Source of the DNA: an uncultured virus (IMG/VR IMGVR_UViG_3300042398_000686)
Lineage: Duplodnaviria; Heunggongvirae; Uroviricota; Caudoviricetes
DNA: 64,000 nucleotides
Reading direction: 5' to 3' (one strand)
Virus record (IMG/VR): IMGVR_UViG_3300042398_000686
Location: 1 to 64,000 of that record
Position 1 is the first letter of the stretch, and every line of letters begins with the position of its first letter. Of the stretch, positions 29,141 through 39,102 are shown one piece after another. The notes below the pieces were generated by a model. The model had not been told where the DNA came from, did not search any database, and saw only the letters and a list, made by a program, of their open reading frames with translations. The translations under genes and the position numbers were made by a program.

Positions 29141-29264
29141 TTTTTGTCCTAAAATTTTGTTTTGGAAATAAGCTTATTGATTAAAAAGCTTAATAGGGAT
29201 TATAGTTTAATGACGAATCATATAGAAATGATTCATTAGTCAAGCATAAATATGTACAAGAAAC

Positions 29265-29295
29265 AAAAAACCGCAACATCGTTGCGGTTCTTTTT
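29265..29295. terminator. Bidirectional-looking intrinsic terminator
   Basis: AACCGCAAC-ATC-GTTGCGGTT flanked by A/T runs. Confidence 0.8.
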
Positions 29296-29440
29296 AATTT
29301 CCTTGACCTGTATATAGTTTTTTGTAATTCTTTGAATTTTTTAACTTAGATGTTTTACTTTTTGCATGAACACCTGGTCTTTTTCTTTTTGGTTTCGCTA
29401 TATAACTATTAACGGAACTGGTTTTTGCCTTTGCTGCCAT
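29294..29440 (-). CDS. 48-aa highly basic peptide, not in ORF track
   Basis: MAAKAKTSSVNSYIAKPKRKRPGVHAKSKTSKLKNSKNYKKLYTGQGN*; fills the gap between genes. Confidence 0.75.
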   Translation of the reverse strand: MAAKAKTSSVNSYIAKPKRKRPGVHAKSKTSKLKNSKNYKKLYTGQGN

Positions 29441-29456
29441 TATTTAATATATTAAT

Positions 29457-29723
29457 TTATGAGAAGAATAATACTGGAGCGCTTGTAGCATCTAATGAAG
29501 CGCTAGTTATTGTAAGTTCTATTACAGTTCCGGGAGGCACAAACATCCCACCTGCTGGAGTAATATTATTACCTCTGACATCTTTTAAAGCTGTAAAATG
29601 AGCTACAGCACCCGCTGATGCTCCTACTACAGAACCTGAAGCCATTACTTGCATTTTATAAAATGAACCTGTTATAGATTGACCATTCATTAGAAGGCCG
29701 GCTGATGGAAAATACGATGCCAT
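29457..29723 (-). CDS. Small beta-rich virion (possible capsid decoration) protein
   Basis: 88 aa in the head cluster with ITGSF/ASGSV/TSASL motifs. Confidence 0.55.
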   Translation of the reverse strand: MASYFPSAGLLMNGQSITGSFYKMQVMASGSVVGASAGAVAHFTALKDVRGNNITPAGGMFVPPGTVIELTITSASLDATSAPVLFFS

Positions 29724-29724
29724 A

Positions 29725-30096
29725 TTATTGTAAATTAGTTAGTTTGTATTTAGTAGAGTAAATAAGTTCGTCAACAGCATCTATTTGATTTTGTAAATAA
29801 CTATCAGCTAAATTAGGTGCTTGTCTTAATGTTTTAACAATCATACATAATTTATCAAAATAATCTATGATATTTCTAGTATCACAGTTATTATCTAAAT
29901 TGATTACTGGTTTGAATTGGATTAAGCCGTATTTACCTTGGTAAGTTTCTACTAATCCATCTACTACACCATCGATACTTTCATAATATTTTTGAAGTGC
30001 TTTATGAGCAGCGTATGCTCCTGGTCCACTTACTCCTAAATGAAATATATGAGTTTGTGTTTGTGAGTGTAATAAAATTGATGCTAATTCTTCCAT
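29725..30096 (-). CDS. Ferritin/Dps-like four-helix protein (DUF5856-like)
   Basis: HIFHL...YAAHKAL..YYE....D.LVE.YQG.YG...LQNQID....KYKL. Confidence 0.7.
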   Translation of the reverse strand: MEELASILLHSQTQTHIFHLGVSGPGAYAAHKALQKYYESIDGVVDGLVETYQGKYGLIQFKPVINLDNNCDTRNIIDYFDKLCMIVKTLRQAPNLADSYLQNQIDAVDELIYSTKYKLTNLQ

Positions 30097-30098
30097 AA

Positions 30099-30734
30099 TT
30101 ATTGTCCTGGTAATTCACATGAGCAAAATCCTGCTCTGTTACATAATATTTCTGTTATTAATTCGTTTACTTTTTGGTATTTGTCTGTTTTAACAGCATT
30201 TGGATTAAGTGATTCATTTACAATTTCCATAAATGCACCTTGAGTTGATGGTGTTGAAACAAAATCCCAACATACTAACTCTAAATCGTCTTGTACTTCA
30301 ACAGTTTCTCCGATTTGTTTTACAGAACCCATAGCACGAGATGAAATACCAACAGTAATACCAGCTATCAATAGTGCTTTTAATATATTTCCTGATGGTG
30401 TAGGTAATATTTCAATTTTACCCATTACATCATCACCATTCCACCATAAATCTAAGATGTTATGACATACATTTTTTAAATTAATAATTGGAGACTCAGG
30501 ATGATCTAATTCTCCTAATGCTCTATTTTCTTTAATATATGTAGCTTTATACTTATCAATTTCTCTTTCTAAAGTATCTTTAGGATAAACGCGACCATTA
30601 CCATTTTTAGCATCTGCACGTTGTACTACTCCCTCAACAATCAAACGCCCGTTGTTTTTTACCGCAGATTCTTGCAGTAACTGCGGGGTCAGTGTAAAGG
30701 TGGATACTCGTTCTATTAATAGTTCTTTGCTCAT
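30099..30734 (-). CDS. gp21: Prohead core protease (T4 gp21-like)
   Basis: N.NGRVYP, ALGELDHP, TPSG.IL, GISSRAMGS, WDFVSTPS..GA. Confidence 0.95.
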   Translation of the reverse strand: MSKELLIERVSTFTLTPQLLQESAVKNNGRLIVEGVVQRADAKNGNGRVYPKDTLEREIDKYKATYIKENRALGELDHPESPIINLKNVCHNILDLWWNGDDVMGKIEILPTPSGNILKALLIAGITVGISSRAMGSVKQIGETVEVQDDLELVCWDFVSTPSTQGAFMEIVNESLNPNAVKTDKYQKVNELITEILCNRAGFCSCELPGQ

Positions 30735-31504
30735 TATCTCGCAGATTTTTTCGATAATGTTTCGTTCATTACTTTATTAACTAAACGTTCTAAAACTGAT
30801 TCTTTTTTAAGTACTTTATTTAATACGGCTCCAGCTACACGTTTTCCTGCTTCTTCTGAACCATATTCTTTACCTGCTGCCTTAGCTATTTTTTCAAATC
30901 CTTTACCTGGTTTGCCTATGTCAGTACCTTTTTTGAAACGCGCTTCATCTAAACCACCTAATTTTTTTAGTAAAAGTTTAAATAATTCCTCTTGAGATAT
31001 ACCCATTTTATCAGCCATTGCTTGAATAGATGATCTGTTTTGAGAAATTTCAACTTCAGCAGTTTCGATTTCTTCAGGTGCCATATTTTCTTTAACGACT
31101 TTAACTTTTTTTAATTCGTTTTTAGTGTCATTATCTTTAATTGGTTCTAAACCGTCAGAAGTATTTTTAACTTTTTTATAAGTTTTTGTCTTAGGAATAT
31201 CAGTTATTGTTGTAGCAGGATAAATACCATCTTGTTCATCTACTTCAGGTGATTGCTCAACTTTTTTATATTTGATTTTATCATCTGGAGTTAATGAATC
31301 ATATGTTGGTTCTTTATCTGGTGTTCCTTTTACAGCATCACCTTCATTAAGCATTCCTTTTTGTTTTAGAATTGCAACCGAATCATCAAATGAATTATGA
31401 TTAGTTACAAAATTAGGAAACATCATTCTTGCGTTACGCAAAAATTGAGCTTTGTTCATTTTACCTTCTAATAGGTCCTGATATTGTCCGCTTATATTTT
31501 TCAT
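30734..31504 (-). CDS. Head-associated hypothetical protein with multiple LxE sites
   Basis: Lies between portal and protease; LLE, LNE, VKE, LDE, LKKE sites. Confidence 0.65.
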   Translation of the reverse strand: MKNISGQYQDLLEGKMNKAQFLRNARMMFPNFVTNHNSFDDSVAILKQKGMLNEGDAVKGTPDKEPTYDSLTPDDKIKYKKVEQSPEVDEQDGIYPATTITDIPKTKTYKKVKNTSDGLEPIKDNDTKNELKKVKVVKENMAPEEIETAEVEISQNRSSIQAMADKMGISQEELFKLLLKKLGGLDEARFKKGTDIGKPGKGFEKIAKAAGKEYGSEEAGKRVAGAVLNKVLKKESVLERLVNKVMNETLSKKSAR

Positions 31505-32004
31505 TATTCTTCTTCTTGGTTTTCTTTAATTCCTGTTAATTTCTCTAATATAGCCGTTAAAGTATCTTTTATTTCGTCTGTAGGGAAAACAACAGCGAAT
31601 GAATTTGGATTATCTTTATAGAATTTTTCTGTTTCTTTTTTAGCTTTAGGTAGTGCTTGTTTCAATTTAGTTACAAGTTCAATTAACTCACCAAAAGATT
31701 CAATACGAGATTTTTGTAATTCATCTCTTTCTTTAGCTTTTTTAGGATCTTCCTCTTTTTCTTCAGCTAACGATGATAAAATATCTTCTAACTGTAATGA
31801 TTCTTGTTCAGTTCTTAATAATCTATCATATGCTTCTTTCATATTACGATATCCCTTCATTAATTCAGCGATATCAGTTTTATGAGCACCTTCAGTACCA
31901 TTACCTTTTTTGGCTTCAGCTACACGGTATTTTATTTCTTCACCTAAAGTATCTAATTTTCCTTTAAGTTGTTCTTTAGTTAACTTTTTTTTCTCGTTAT
32001 CCAT
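31504..32004 (-). CDS. Coiled-coil head cluster protein
   Basis: 166 aa, K/E-rich. Confidence 0.65.
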   Translation of the reverse strand: MDNEKKKLTKEQLKGKLDTLGEEIKYRVAEAKKGNGTEGAHKTDIAELMKGYRNMKEAYDRLLRTEQESLQLEDILSSLAEEKEEDPKKAKERDELQKSRIESFGELIELVTKLKQALPKAKKETEKFYKDNPNSFAVVFPTDEIKDTLTAILEKLTGIKENQEEE

Positions 32005-32557
32005 TAGATAGTTTTTTTATGTTTTTAGATAATTGGTTTAACTTTTCTGATAACACATTTAATTGTTCTAATTTAGAATCCCAAAAATTACCACGTTTGA
32101 TAACATTTTCAGTTTTTAATCGATTAGAATATTCAATGACTTGTTCTATTTCTTTAACACGTTTATTAACTTCACTTAAAGCACGTGTAATTTTACGTTC
32201 AGGGGAAACTTTATTAACACTTTCACTAAAACGTCTGTATGATATTTCGTTAAGTTGTTCTTCTTTATAAAGTTTATATCTTTTAGGTTTTGGATCTGCG
32301 GGGAATTGTTTGTAATCGTATACTTTAGAATCAGATGGCATTCCTTCTGGGGCTTTTTTAAATCCGTCTTTAGTATAAGAACTAATATTAGCTTTTCCTG
32401 CAGCTGTTGTAGGTGTTTTTCCTTCTAGTTTTTCTGGTTTTTTAAGGAAAAATTTACTGTTGTAAGCTTCCCCAGCACCAGTTGTACTAACACCATCTTC
32501 AGACATTAATTTATTTACTGTTTCTTCTATGAATTTTTTTAAATCTTCTGGTGTCAT
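31997..32557 (-). CDS. Head cluster hypothetical protein
   Basis: Leader LKKFIEETVNKLMSE, internal LNE, C-terminal coiled coil. Confidence 0.65.
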   Translation of the reverse strand: MTPEDLKKFIEETVNKLMSEDGVSTTGAGEAYNSKFFLKKPEKLEGKTPTTAAGKANISSYTKDGFKKAPEGMPSDSKVYDYKQFPADPKPKRYKLYKEEQLNEISYRRFSESVNKVSPERKITRALSEVNKRVKEIEQVIEYSNRLKTENVIKRGNFWDSKLEQLNVLSEKLNQLSKNIKKLSNG

Positions 32558-33405
32558 GTTGATTTGATTTCATGGATTAATTCATGAAACTGTAAGATAT
32601 TTAATATATCTTCATCTTTAGCTGATTCTGTTTTTTCTAGAGGTCGAATAATTGATATTAACTCAGTCAATTTGATTTGAGTTCTTTTATCTTGTACAAA
32701 TGATTGTAAAGACGTTAAAGAATTTTTAATATGGTCTAACTCTTGATTAATGAATTCACGTAATGATACAGTATTTGTTATATTATTAATGTATGTTTTT
32801 AATACACTACGTTGCTCAGGAAGTAAATCAGCATATTTCTCATTAAATTTCTCAATCATTATTTTAGAAATTAAAGCACGAGTTGCTTTATCTTGAGAAG
32901 CATATTCTTTTATTACTTGGTCTTCTACTTTATTTTTATCTATGTCTTGTTTAGTTAAAAATTCAAGTAAAGTTACTTTATTTGTAATGATAAATGAAGG
33001 ATCTATAAATTCTAAACTAGTTTGTGCCTCCAATAAATTAGAAACAGCAGCATATGCCTTATAGTTGTGAATTTTAGCTTTAAAAAATTCTTCTAAATCA
33101 TAATGTTGTTTAATTTCTTTAATTAAATTATACTTTTCCTTACGAAGAGCAGTACGATTTAAACGTTCAGCTAATTTAACAGTAGAAGAAATGATACTTT
33201 CAGCTTTTGCTTCATTTAATGAAGTAGCTTTAGTTAATGCTTGGTATATTTTATATTCTTTTACTAATTCTCCTTTAGAAAAGTATTTTTTAACAATGTT
33301 AACAGCAGATGATTCTTTATTAGACATGATATCCGATGTTATCTGTCTAGTTAACAATTCAAATAATATACCCGTGTTTTTATATTTATTATGTTTTGGC
33401 TTCAC
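32554..33405 (-). CDS. Conserved-type head morphogenesis protein downstream of portal
   Basis: KHNKYKNTGILFELL N-terminus, helical; adjacent to the portal gene. Confidence 0.65.
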   Translation of the reverse strand: MKPKHNKYKNTGILFELLTRQITSDIMSNKESSAVNIVKKYFSKGELVKEYKIYQALTKATSLNEAKAESIISSTVKLAERLNRTALRKEKYNLIKEIKQHYDLEEFFKAKIHNYKAYAAVSNLLEAQTSLEFIDPSFIITNKVTLLEFLTKQDIDKNKVEDQVIKEYASQDKATRALISKIMIEKFNEKYADLLPEQRSVLKTYINNITNTVSLREFINQELDHIKNSLTSLQSFVQDKRTQIKLTELISIIRPLEKTESAKDEDILNILQFHELIHEIKST

Positions 33406-33438
33406 GATGTTAATTTACTGGTTATAAATATATACTTT

Positions 33439-35301
33439 TTATATGCCTTTAATATTTGATTCATCTAATAATGAAGACTTTTTATTATCCTTATCAAACA
33501 CATTAGATTTTTTAACCATTTCTTCTAACATATTTTTATTTTGCAAGTATATTGATTTAGTTGCTTCTAAAGCTAATGGTGATCCTCCTTTAGGTTCCGG
33601 TGCTTTTGCGCTATCTGGTGATATATCTACTCCTTTTCCTAATGGATCTTTTCCTAATACTCGTTTTTGAGTATTATAAACTGATGTTTTTTCTTGAGGT
33701 CTTCCAACTGGGTTAGTTTCATCATATGCTGGTGGAACTCCCATATCGTTTCTGCCTTTACCATATAGTGAAGCTAAATCATGTGGTGTTCCATATGATT
33801 CTCCACTTGTTACAGGGTCATTACCTTCGTTTTCGATTTGAGCTAATCTGAACATTCGTTTTTTATCTTCGATAACTAAATCTCTCATATCATCATATTT
33901 GTCTTCACTCATATGGAAGATATAATCATAAATGTAGTCAGAAGGGAATAAACCAGTTTCTTGGATTTGTCTAGCTAAATCAACTTTTTCTTTCATTAAT
34001 GCTACTCTTTCTTGATCATAAACGATAGATGGAGTAGTTAATTCAAGTTCAAAATTTGTTAAGTTTTCATCAGTATATCCTTGAGAATACAAATGTACTA
34101 ATGCTATTTTAGTTAATTCAGATACTACAATACGTTGAATACGTTCAATTGTACGAGCGAATCTAATATCTTGTTGTGCTAATGTAGATTTACCTTCAAC
34201 GTCAGCTTCATATCCGATAAATGCTTTAGGTACTTTAACAGCAGCTAACATTTTGTCTCTTAAGTAAACAACGTCTTCAATAGCATTATATTCAAGACCA
34301 GGTAAAGTATCTATTTTAGTTGATGTGTTTCCACCTTTTGTAGGAATGTAAAAATCTTCATTTACAGTCATCATATTATAACGAAGATTATATTCACCAG
34401 TTTTAGGATCAACATAAGGAGTACGTTGTGTTTGTCCTTTTAATTTCTCCATGTATGCAGGAATTTCATTTGGTGGAATATTTCCTGTATCCACATAATA
34501 AACTCTACGTTGTGGTGCTCTTAATATACGGTGAATTAACATAGCGTCTTCCATTAACGCTAATTGTTTAAATATTTTACGAGCTGGTTCAATGTATGAT
34601 CTTCCGTATGGTAAGAAGTTGTAATCTCCTAATAATCTAAAGTTAGCAACTTCATAGTTTTGGAATACCATATCATCTTTATCAAGTCCTCCTAATACAC
34701 CAGTATATGAAGCATTTGGTTCAACTCTAAATTGAACATAAGATGGGTTTTTAGGATCTAATCCTTCTTCTCTAATTACGTTATAAACGTTAAGAGGAAT
34801 TACTTGATATACACCATATTTTTCAGCGATGTGTAGGTGTAAATAAAAGTCACCATATTTACACATTGAACGAACCCAACCCCAAAGGTTAAATTCGATA
34901 TTAAGTACATCATAGAATAAATTATATAGTATTCTTTGAATATTTTCATCTGGTGATTTAATAGCTAATACTTCTCCAGCACCATTTTTAAGTGTAGATT
35001 CATCAGCAACAATATCTAATACAGATGCTATGATTGGATCACCATCCATTACCTCATAATCATTATATAATTGAGGTCTTAATATTGTAAAGTTAGAGTG
35101 AGGAGCATTACCAACATAAGTACCTAACCCTCCAGTATAGATACGTTGGTATCGTTCAGGGTACATGTTTGTTTGTACTACCCCAGAGGATTGTATGTGG
35201 TCACTGTCGATTACTTTAACTTGACTCCCACCAACGTTTCTAATAATTACGTCGTTTGAGAATAATCGTTTTAATCTACCAAATAAAGATGTGTCTATCA
35301 T
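33439..35301 (-). CDS. gp20: Portal vertex protein (T4 gp20-like)
   Basis: KQL.LMEDAMLIHRI.RAP.RRVYYVD.GN.P, EDFYIP, IDTLPG, DIRFARTI.RIQ. Confidence 0.96.
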   Translation of the reverse strand: MIDTSLFGRLKRLFSNDVIIRNVGGSQVKVIDSDHIQSSGVVQTNMYPERYQRIYTGGLGTYVGNAPHSNFTILRPQLYNDYEVMDGDPIIASVLDIVADESTLKNGAGEVLAIKSPDENIQRILYNLFYDVLNIEFNLWGWVRSMCKYGDFYLHLHIAEKYGVYQVIPLNVYNVIREEGLDPKNPSYVQFRVEPNASYTGVLGGLDKDDMVFQNYEVANFRLLGDYNFLPYGRSYIEPARKIFKQLALMEDAMLIHRILRAPQRRVYYVDTGNIPPNEIPAYMEKLKGQTQRTPYVDPKTGEYNLRYNMMTVNEDFYIPTKGGNTSTKIDTLPGLEYNAIEDVVYLRDKMLAAVKVPKAFIGYEADVEGKSTLAQQDIRFARTIERIQRIVVSELTKIALVHLYSQGYTDENLTNFELELTTPSIVYDQERVALMKEKVDLARQIQETGLFPSDYIYDYIFHMSEDKYDDMRDLVIEDKKRMFRLAQIENEGNDPVTSGESYGTPHDLASLYGKGRNDMGVPPAYDETNPVGRPQEKTSVYNTQKRVLGKDPLGKGVDISPDSAKAPEPKGGSPLALEATKSIYLQNKNMLEEMVKKSNVFDKDNKKSSLLDESNIKGI

Positions 35302-35313
35302 ATGTATAAATAT

Positions 35314-36906
35314 TTATCCTAATAGCCAAGTAATGTCTTCGTGACCTCCTTGTTCCATTTGAATTTTCCATGGGTTATTATTATTATTATATCCTCTAGC
35401 GTTGTAGGGATTCATCGTTCCTCTATCTACTGATATAGAGTCTACTATTGCTCTATCAAATTCTATATTTGATTTTCTAAATCTTAAAGCCGTGTCTCTT
35501 AAATATAGACCCATACTAAAAGACATTACTAAATCATCATTATATCCTTCTTGTGCTTGTGCTTTACTATTCTTCCAAATAAATACTTTCATTTCTTCTA
35601 GTGTTCTTTTAGAACGAATAAAGCATGCTTTTTCTTTAGTATATTCTCTAAATTTTTCAATCATTAAAGGACGTGTTTTTACTGATGTTGTAAAACCAGC
35701 TACTAAACTATCTTGATTTTCATTACGTCTAGACCATTGATCTGATGTATATGCTTCTGTTTTAGGTGAGTAATATAAATTTTTATATCCTCTATCAATT
35801 GCAGTTTGCACTGTATCCCAACCCACATTAGCATTCTCTATAGCGAGTAAAGCATCATTGTATTCTGCTGCTAAACCTACTAATAAATGTCCAAAATCAC
35901 GAGTTCCTATTTGCCCCTTATATTCAGCTACTTGTGTTGCTGTTTCTAAATCAAATACATGACATGCAGAATGGTCTTTTCCGTCTCCTCTAGCAACGTC
36001 GGCTGTTACTAAATAACTTCTATTGTAATCTGGTTGTTCCCAAACCCATAAGTTACCATCTACATTACGTTTTTCAATTGGTTCCATTAAATTAGCTTCA
36101 ATCCAATCAATTAATTCAGGTTCAAATACTGTATCTCCAGATGTGCTAAAATCACAATCACATTCTTGTGCTGCCATTCTAATTCCTAAATCTTGATCCT
36201 GTAAACTTCTCCAGTCTTGATCTCTTTCAGGATGCACATTCCATTTTAACTTAATAGGAACGAATGAATTAGCTCCTAATTCTGATTTAGACCATGTTTG
36301 ATGAAACCAGTTTCCGGTACCATTAGGTGTAGATAATGCTATACATCCTCCACCCGTTGCTAATGTTTGTTGAGCAGAAGCAAATATCTCATGTATGTTA
36401 TCAATGAACGCGGCCTCGTCAATTATAAGTAAAGAAACGGCTTCTGATCGACCAGCATCGCCTGCTGCTGATGTTGCTTTTACTTGAGAACCATTTGGTA
36501 ATTTAAGTAAGAGCTTGTTGTTCTCCAAGGGTTTTTCGGTTCCTTTTAACCAAGAAGGTAAATTATCGTACATAAATCGTACTTTAGTTACCATGTTTTT
36601 AGCAGTTTCTTGTTTTGTAGCGATACAAAGTATATTTTTATCTCTATGAAAAATCATCATCCATAAAGAAAAACCAGCTACTAAAGTTGAGATTCCTAGC
36701 TGTCTAGATTTTAAAACTATACTATAATTGTTTTTTTGAAATTGGTGTAATACACCATCTTGAAAGGGATATAAATTAAATGGAATTCTACCTTTTGTAG
36801 GGTGTTGAATCATACAATACTTCTTCATGAAGTGGGCAGGATCAGTCATACATTTAATGTATTCCTGTTTAATTATATCTTTTATATTTTGATTTTGTTC
36901 ACTCAT
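35314..36906 (-). CDS. terL: Terminase large subunit (T4 gp17-like)
   Basis: KSRQLGIST, IIDEAAF, STPNG, DVARGDG.D.S, DDLVMS. Confidence 0.97.
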   Translation of the reverse strand: MSEQNQNIKDIIKQEYIKCMTDPAHFMKKYCMIQHPTKGRIPFNLYPFQDGVLHQFQKNNYSIVLKSRQLGISTLVAGFSLWMMIFHRDKNILCIATKQETAKNMVTKVRFMYDNLPSWLKGTEKPLENNKLLLKLPNGSQVKATSAAGDAGRSEAVSLLIIDEAAFIDNIHEIFASAQQTLATGGGCIALSTPNGTGNWFHQTWSKSELGANSFVPIKLKWNVHPERDQDWRSLQDQDLGIRMAAQECDCDFSTSGDTVFEPELIDWIEANLMEPIEKRNVDGNLWVWEQPDYNRSYLVTADVARGDGKDHSACHVFDLETATQVAEYKGQIGTRDFGHLLVGLAAEYNDALLAIENANVGWDTVQTAIDRGYKNLYYSPKTEAYTSDQWSRRNENQDSLVAGFTTSVKTRPLMIEKFREYTKEKACFIRSKRTLEEMKVFIWKNSKAQAQEGYNDDLVMSFSMGLYLRDTALRFRKSNIEFDRAIVDSISVDRGTMNPYNARGYNNNNNPWKIQMEQGGHEDITWLLG

Positions 36907-36929
36907 ATAATCATTTATATATAAATATA

Positions 36930-36958
36930 CAAAAGGCCTGATGTTGGTCAGACCTTGT
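36930..36958 (-). terminator. Intrinsic terminator candidate
   Basis: AAGGTCTGA-CCAACA-TCAGGCCTTTT. Confidence 0.6.
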
Positions 36959-36977
36959 ATATTTTATTATATGTTTG

Positions 36978-37379
36978 TTATTTTACCAATAGGTATGAGG
37001 TAGTAAGTATACCGGCGAACGTTCCTACTTTCCATAGAAATGTTTTAGTCCTTTGTCCTTTTAACTCTTTATGTAATTGTTCTGAAAGTTCTTTAGATAG
37101 TTGTAATTGATCTTTCTGAGTGTTGATAATAAATTGGTTGTTTTTATCTTTACTCTCTAATAGGGAAATGATAGTATCTTTTTGAGTTTCTCTTGCTTCT
37201 AACTTAATAACTTTATCTTGAGTAAATTTTAATTCTTGAGCACATCCATCTCCTTTAAGAATGTCTTTAATAACTAATTTTGCTACAGGTGTTTTAATTT
37301 GAACCTTTGTCGTATCTGTTTGTGAAAAACTGCTCAAGCTCGTTAGCAGTAAAACTATCAACACTATTAATTTTTTCAT
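36978..37379 (-). CDS. Secreted coiled-coil protein, Rz1/o-spanin-position gene
   Basis: Signal peptide MKKLIVLIVLLLTSLSSFS|Q, coiled coil, hydrophobic C-terminus; overlaps the upstream gene by 86 nt. Confidence 0.6.
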   Translation of the reverse strand: MKKLIVLIVLLLTSLSSFSQTDTTKVQIKTPVAKLVIKDILKGDGCAQELKFTQDKVIKLEARETQKDTIISLLESKDKNNQFIINTQKDQLQLSKELSEQLHKELKGQRTKTFLWKVGTFAGILTTSYLLVK

Positions 37380-37641
37380 CTGTTTGTTGTTTAAGTATAG
37401 ATATGTTATTATCTATGTGGTGAATTTCTTTAGTAATATTAATTACGTTATCTTTTACTGAGTCTATTTTGACATCAATTTTTTCGTTAACTGCTTGTGC
37501 TGAGTCTACTTTAGTTTGAAGAGCTTCAATTTTATCTTCATATCCTTTTACATCAGTTCTAATACTGTTTGTATTGAATATATTATACAAACATAACAAA
37601 GCAATTATTATTAATACTATGTCTTGTTTAGTTGCCTTCAT
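37294..37641 (-). CDS. Membrane-anchored coiled-coil protein (i-spanin/Rz-like)
   Basis: N-terminal TM (IVLIIIALLCLYNIF) followed by a coiled coil. Confidence 0.6.
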   Translation of the reverse strand: MKATKQDIVLIIIALLCLYNIFNTNSIRTDVKGYEDKIEALQTKVDSAQAVNEKIDVKIDSVKDNVINITKEIHHIDNNISILKQQTDEKINSVDSFTANELEQFFTNRYDKGSN

Positions 37642-38089
37642 TGTCTATTTTAAGAATAACTTTAACTAAATCTCTAACATCTTCCGGATTTACTACTATT
37701 TCTTGTCCGTTGTCTTGTGTCAATATAATAAAATTACCATCTTTTCTTACTTCAATTTGGTATCTAGATCCTGGTGCTACATTGGCGTTTATTTCGTATA
37801 TTTCATCATACATTTTAGCAATATCACCACCATCTGATGAATCAACATCTTCTACATCTTCGATAATTGTATTATCGTCATCATCTAAAAAATCTTCTTC
37901 TCTAATAACTTTAACAGCGTTTTTTTCTGTTCCTATTGTTGGGTCTCCTTCTTTTGCTCTTAGTGTTTTTATTTTCTGGCTTATTTGAGGGTCTGTTAAA
38001 GGTGCTCCTGTTTGTTGAATAATTACAGCTTCACCCATTTTTTTACGTATAATACCGCGAATATTTTCTTTTAATTCACTTACTTTCAT
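37628..38089 (-). CDS. Hypothetical protein, candidate capsid-internal
   Basis: Leader MKVSELKENIRGIIRKKMGE; ATATTTAT motif upstream. Confidence 0.65.
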   Translation of the reverse strand: MKVSELKENIRGIIRKKMGEAVIIQQTGAPLTDPQISQKIKTLRAKEGDPTIGTEKNAVKVIREEDFLDDDDNTIIEDVEDVDSSDGGDIAKMYDEIYEINANVAPGSRYQIEVRKDGNFIILTQDNGQEIVVNPEDVRDLVKVILKIDNEGN

Positions 38090-38122
38090 ATTTTATATAT
38101 AAATGTTAATTTAATATAAATA

Positions 38123-38653
38123 TTAAGTAGGAATCACTTCTAGTATTTGTTTTATACGTTCTTCTGTTGTGCCTGATATCATGAAAAGATTCTTTATTCT
38201 GTGTGGATAAGCACCAATTAATGCTCTGATAGTATAATCAATTAAATTTCTATATTCAGCATTTGTTTCTCGTACACCATTATTTTCTATCTCTACTCCT
38301 TCAGGAGACACATAAAAAATATAATCATATTCATTAATAAAATTACGAGCATATTCGTCAAATGATTTTTTATCAGTTGGGTGTATAGACTCAGCACATT
38401 GAGTAAACGCCATTACATCTATAACTGTTCTGTCTGTAATTAAATTTTCATGCATTAATTCAGATACACGTTCAGCTAAAAATATAGTTTGACCTTTTAA
38501 TGTTGAATCTGTATTTAATGGGATACCTAAATCTCTTAAATACTTACTACGTTCAGTAGCAAAATGATAATCTTTAAATTGTGGTAATTCTGCTAAAGCA
38601 TTAACTAATGTAGTTTTACCTACAGATACAGTACCTACTAATCCTATTTTCAT
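38123..38653 (-). CDS. NadR/Ttd14-like (AAA_28) P-loop kinase/ATPase
   Basis: IGLVGTVSVGKTTL, ITDRTVID, YDYIFYV, E.NGVR. Confidence 0.85.
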   Translation of the reverse strand: MKIGLVGTVSVGKTTLVNALAELPQFKDYHFATERSKYLRDLGIPLNTDSTLKGQTIFLAERVSELMHENLITDRTVIDVMAFTQCAESIHPTDKKSFDEYARNFINEYDYIFYVSPEGVEIENNGVRETNAEYRNLIDYTIRALIGAYPHRIKNLFMISGTTEERIKQILEVIPT

Positions 38654-38654
38654 A

Positions 38655-38939
38655 TTATCTAAAACTATTTTTAAACAATGGGTTTTTTGCTGGTGGTAAT
38701 CCTGTGTGGTTACGTTTTAATTCTCTAATTACTTCAGGTGTATTACCTTGATAAATTCCCCAGAAATAGTATTCTTTTTTTCCATCAGGTTTAATTAAAG
38801 CAGGACCATCTGTATTATGTAGTACCCATTCTTCTTTATAAGCATCATCAGCGTTCTTGTCTTTTACGCCCTCTTTTAGCTTTCTCGTTTTCGACAGGTA
38901 CATTATCTGTCCCTCTGGTGTTTTTATTTTTCTTTCCAT
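38655..38939 (-). CDS. Hypothetical protein with LHxxDGPA unit
   Basis: LHNTDGPALI...KEYY.WG. Confidence 0.65.
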   Translation of the reverse strand: MERKIKTPEGQIMYLSKTRKLKEGVKDKNADDAYKEEWVLHNTDGPALIKPDGKKEYYFWGIYQGNTPEVIRELKRNHTGLPPAKNPLFKNSFR

Positions 38940-39072
38940 TTGTTGGTTCGTTTTTACTTTTAATTTCTACTGATATTGGTCCGTGGCTGTAATAATCTAG
39001 ATCGTAAGTCCATGTTACTTTTTCATGTTCATCTTCATAAACACGTGTAAATTTGCTTTCACCTTTTGTCAT
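38848..39072 (-). CDS. Hypothetical protein
   Basis: 74-aa ORF overlapping the next gene by 92 nt. Confidence 0.5.
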   Translation of the reverse strand: MTKGESKFTRVYEDEHEKVTWTYDLDYYSHGPISVEIKSKNEPTNGKKNKNTRGTDNVPVENEKAKRGRKRQER

Positions 39073-39102
39073 AAAGATACAAAAAATTACTTAGATTTCA
39101 AA
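39072..39102 (-). promoter_or_regulatory. Bacteroidota-type sigma70 promoter candidate
   Basis: TTTG-N19-TATCTTTA. Confidence 0.55.
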
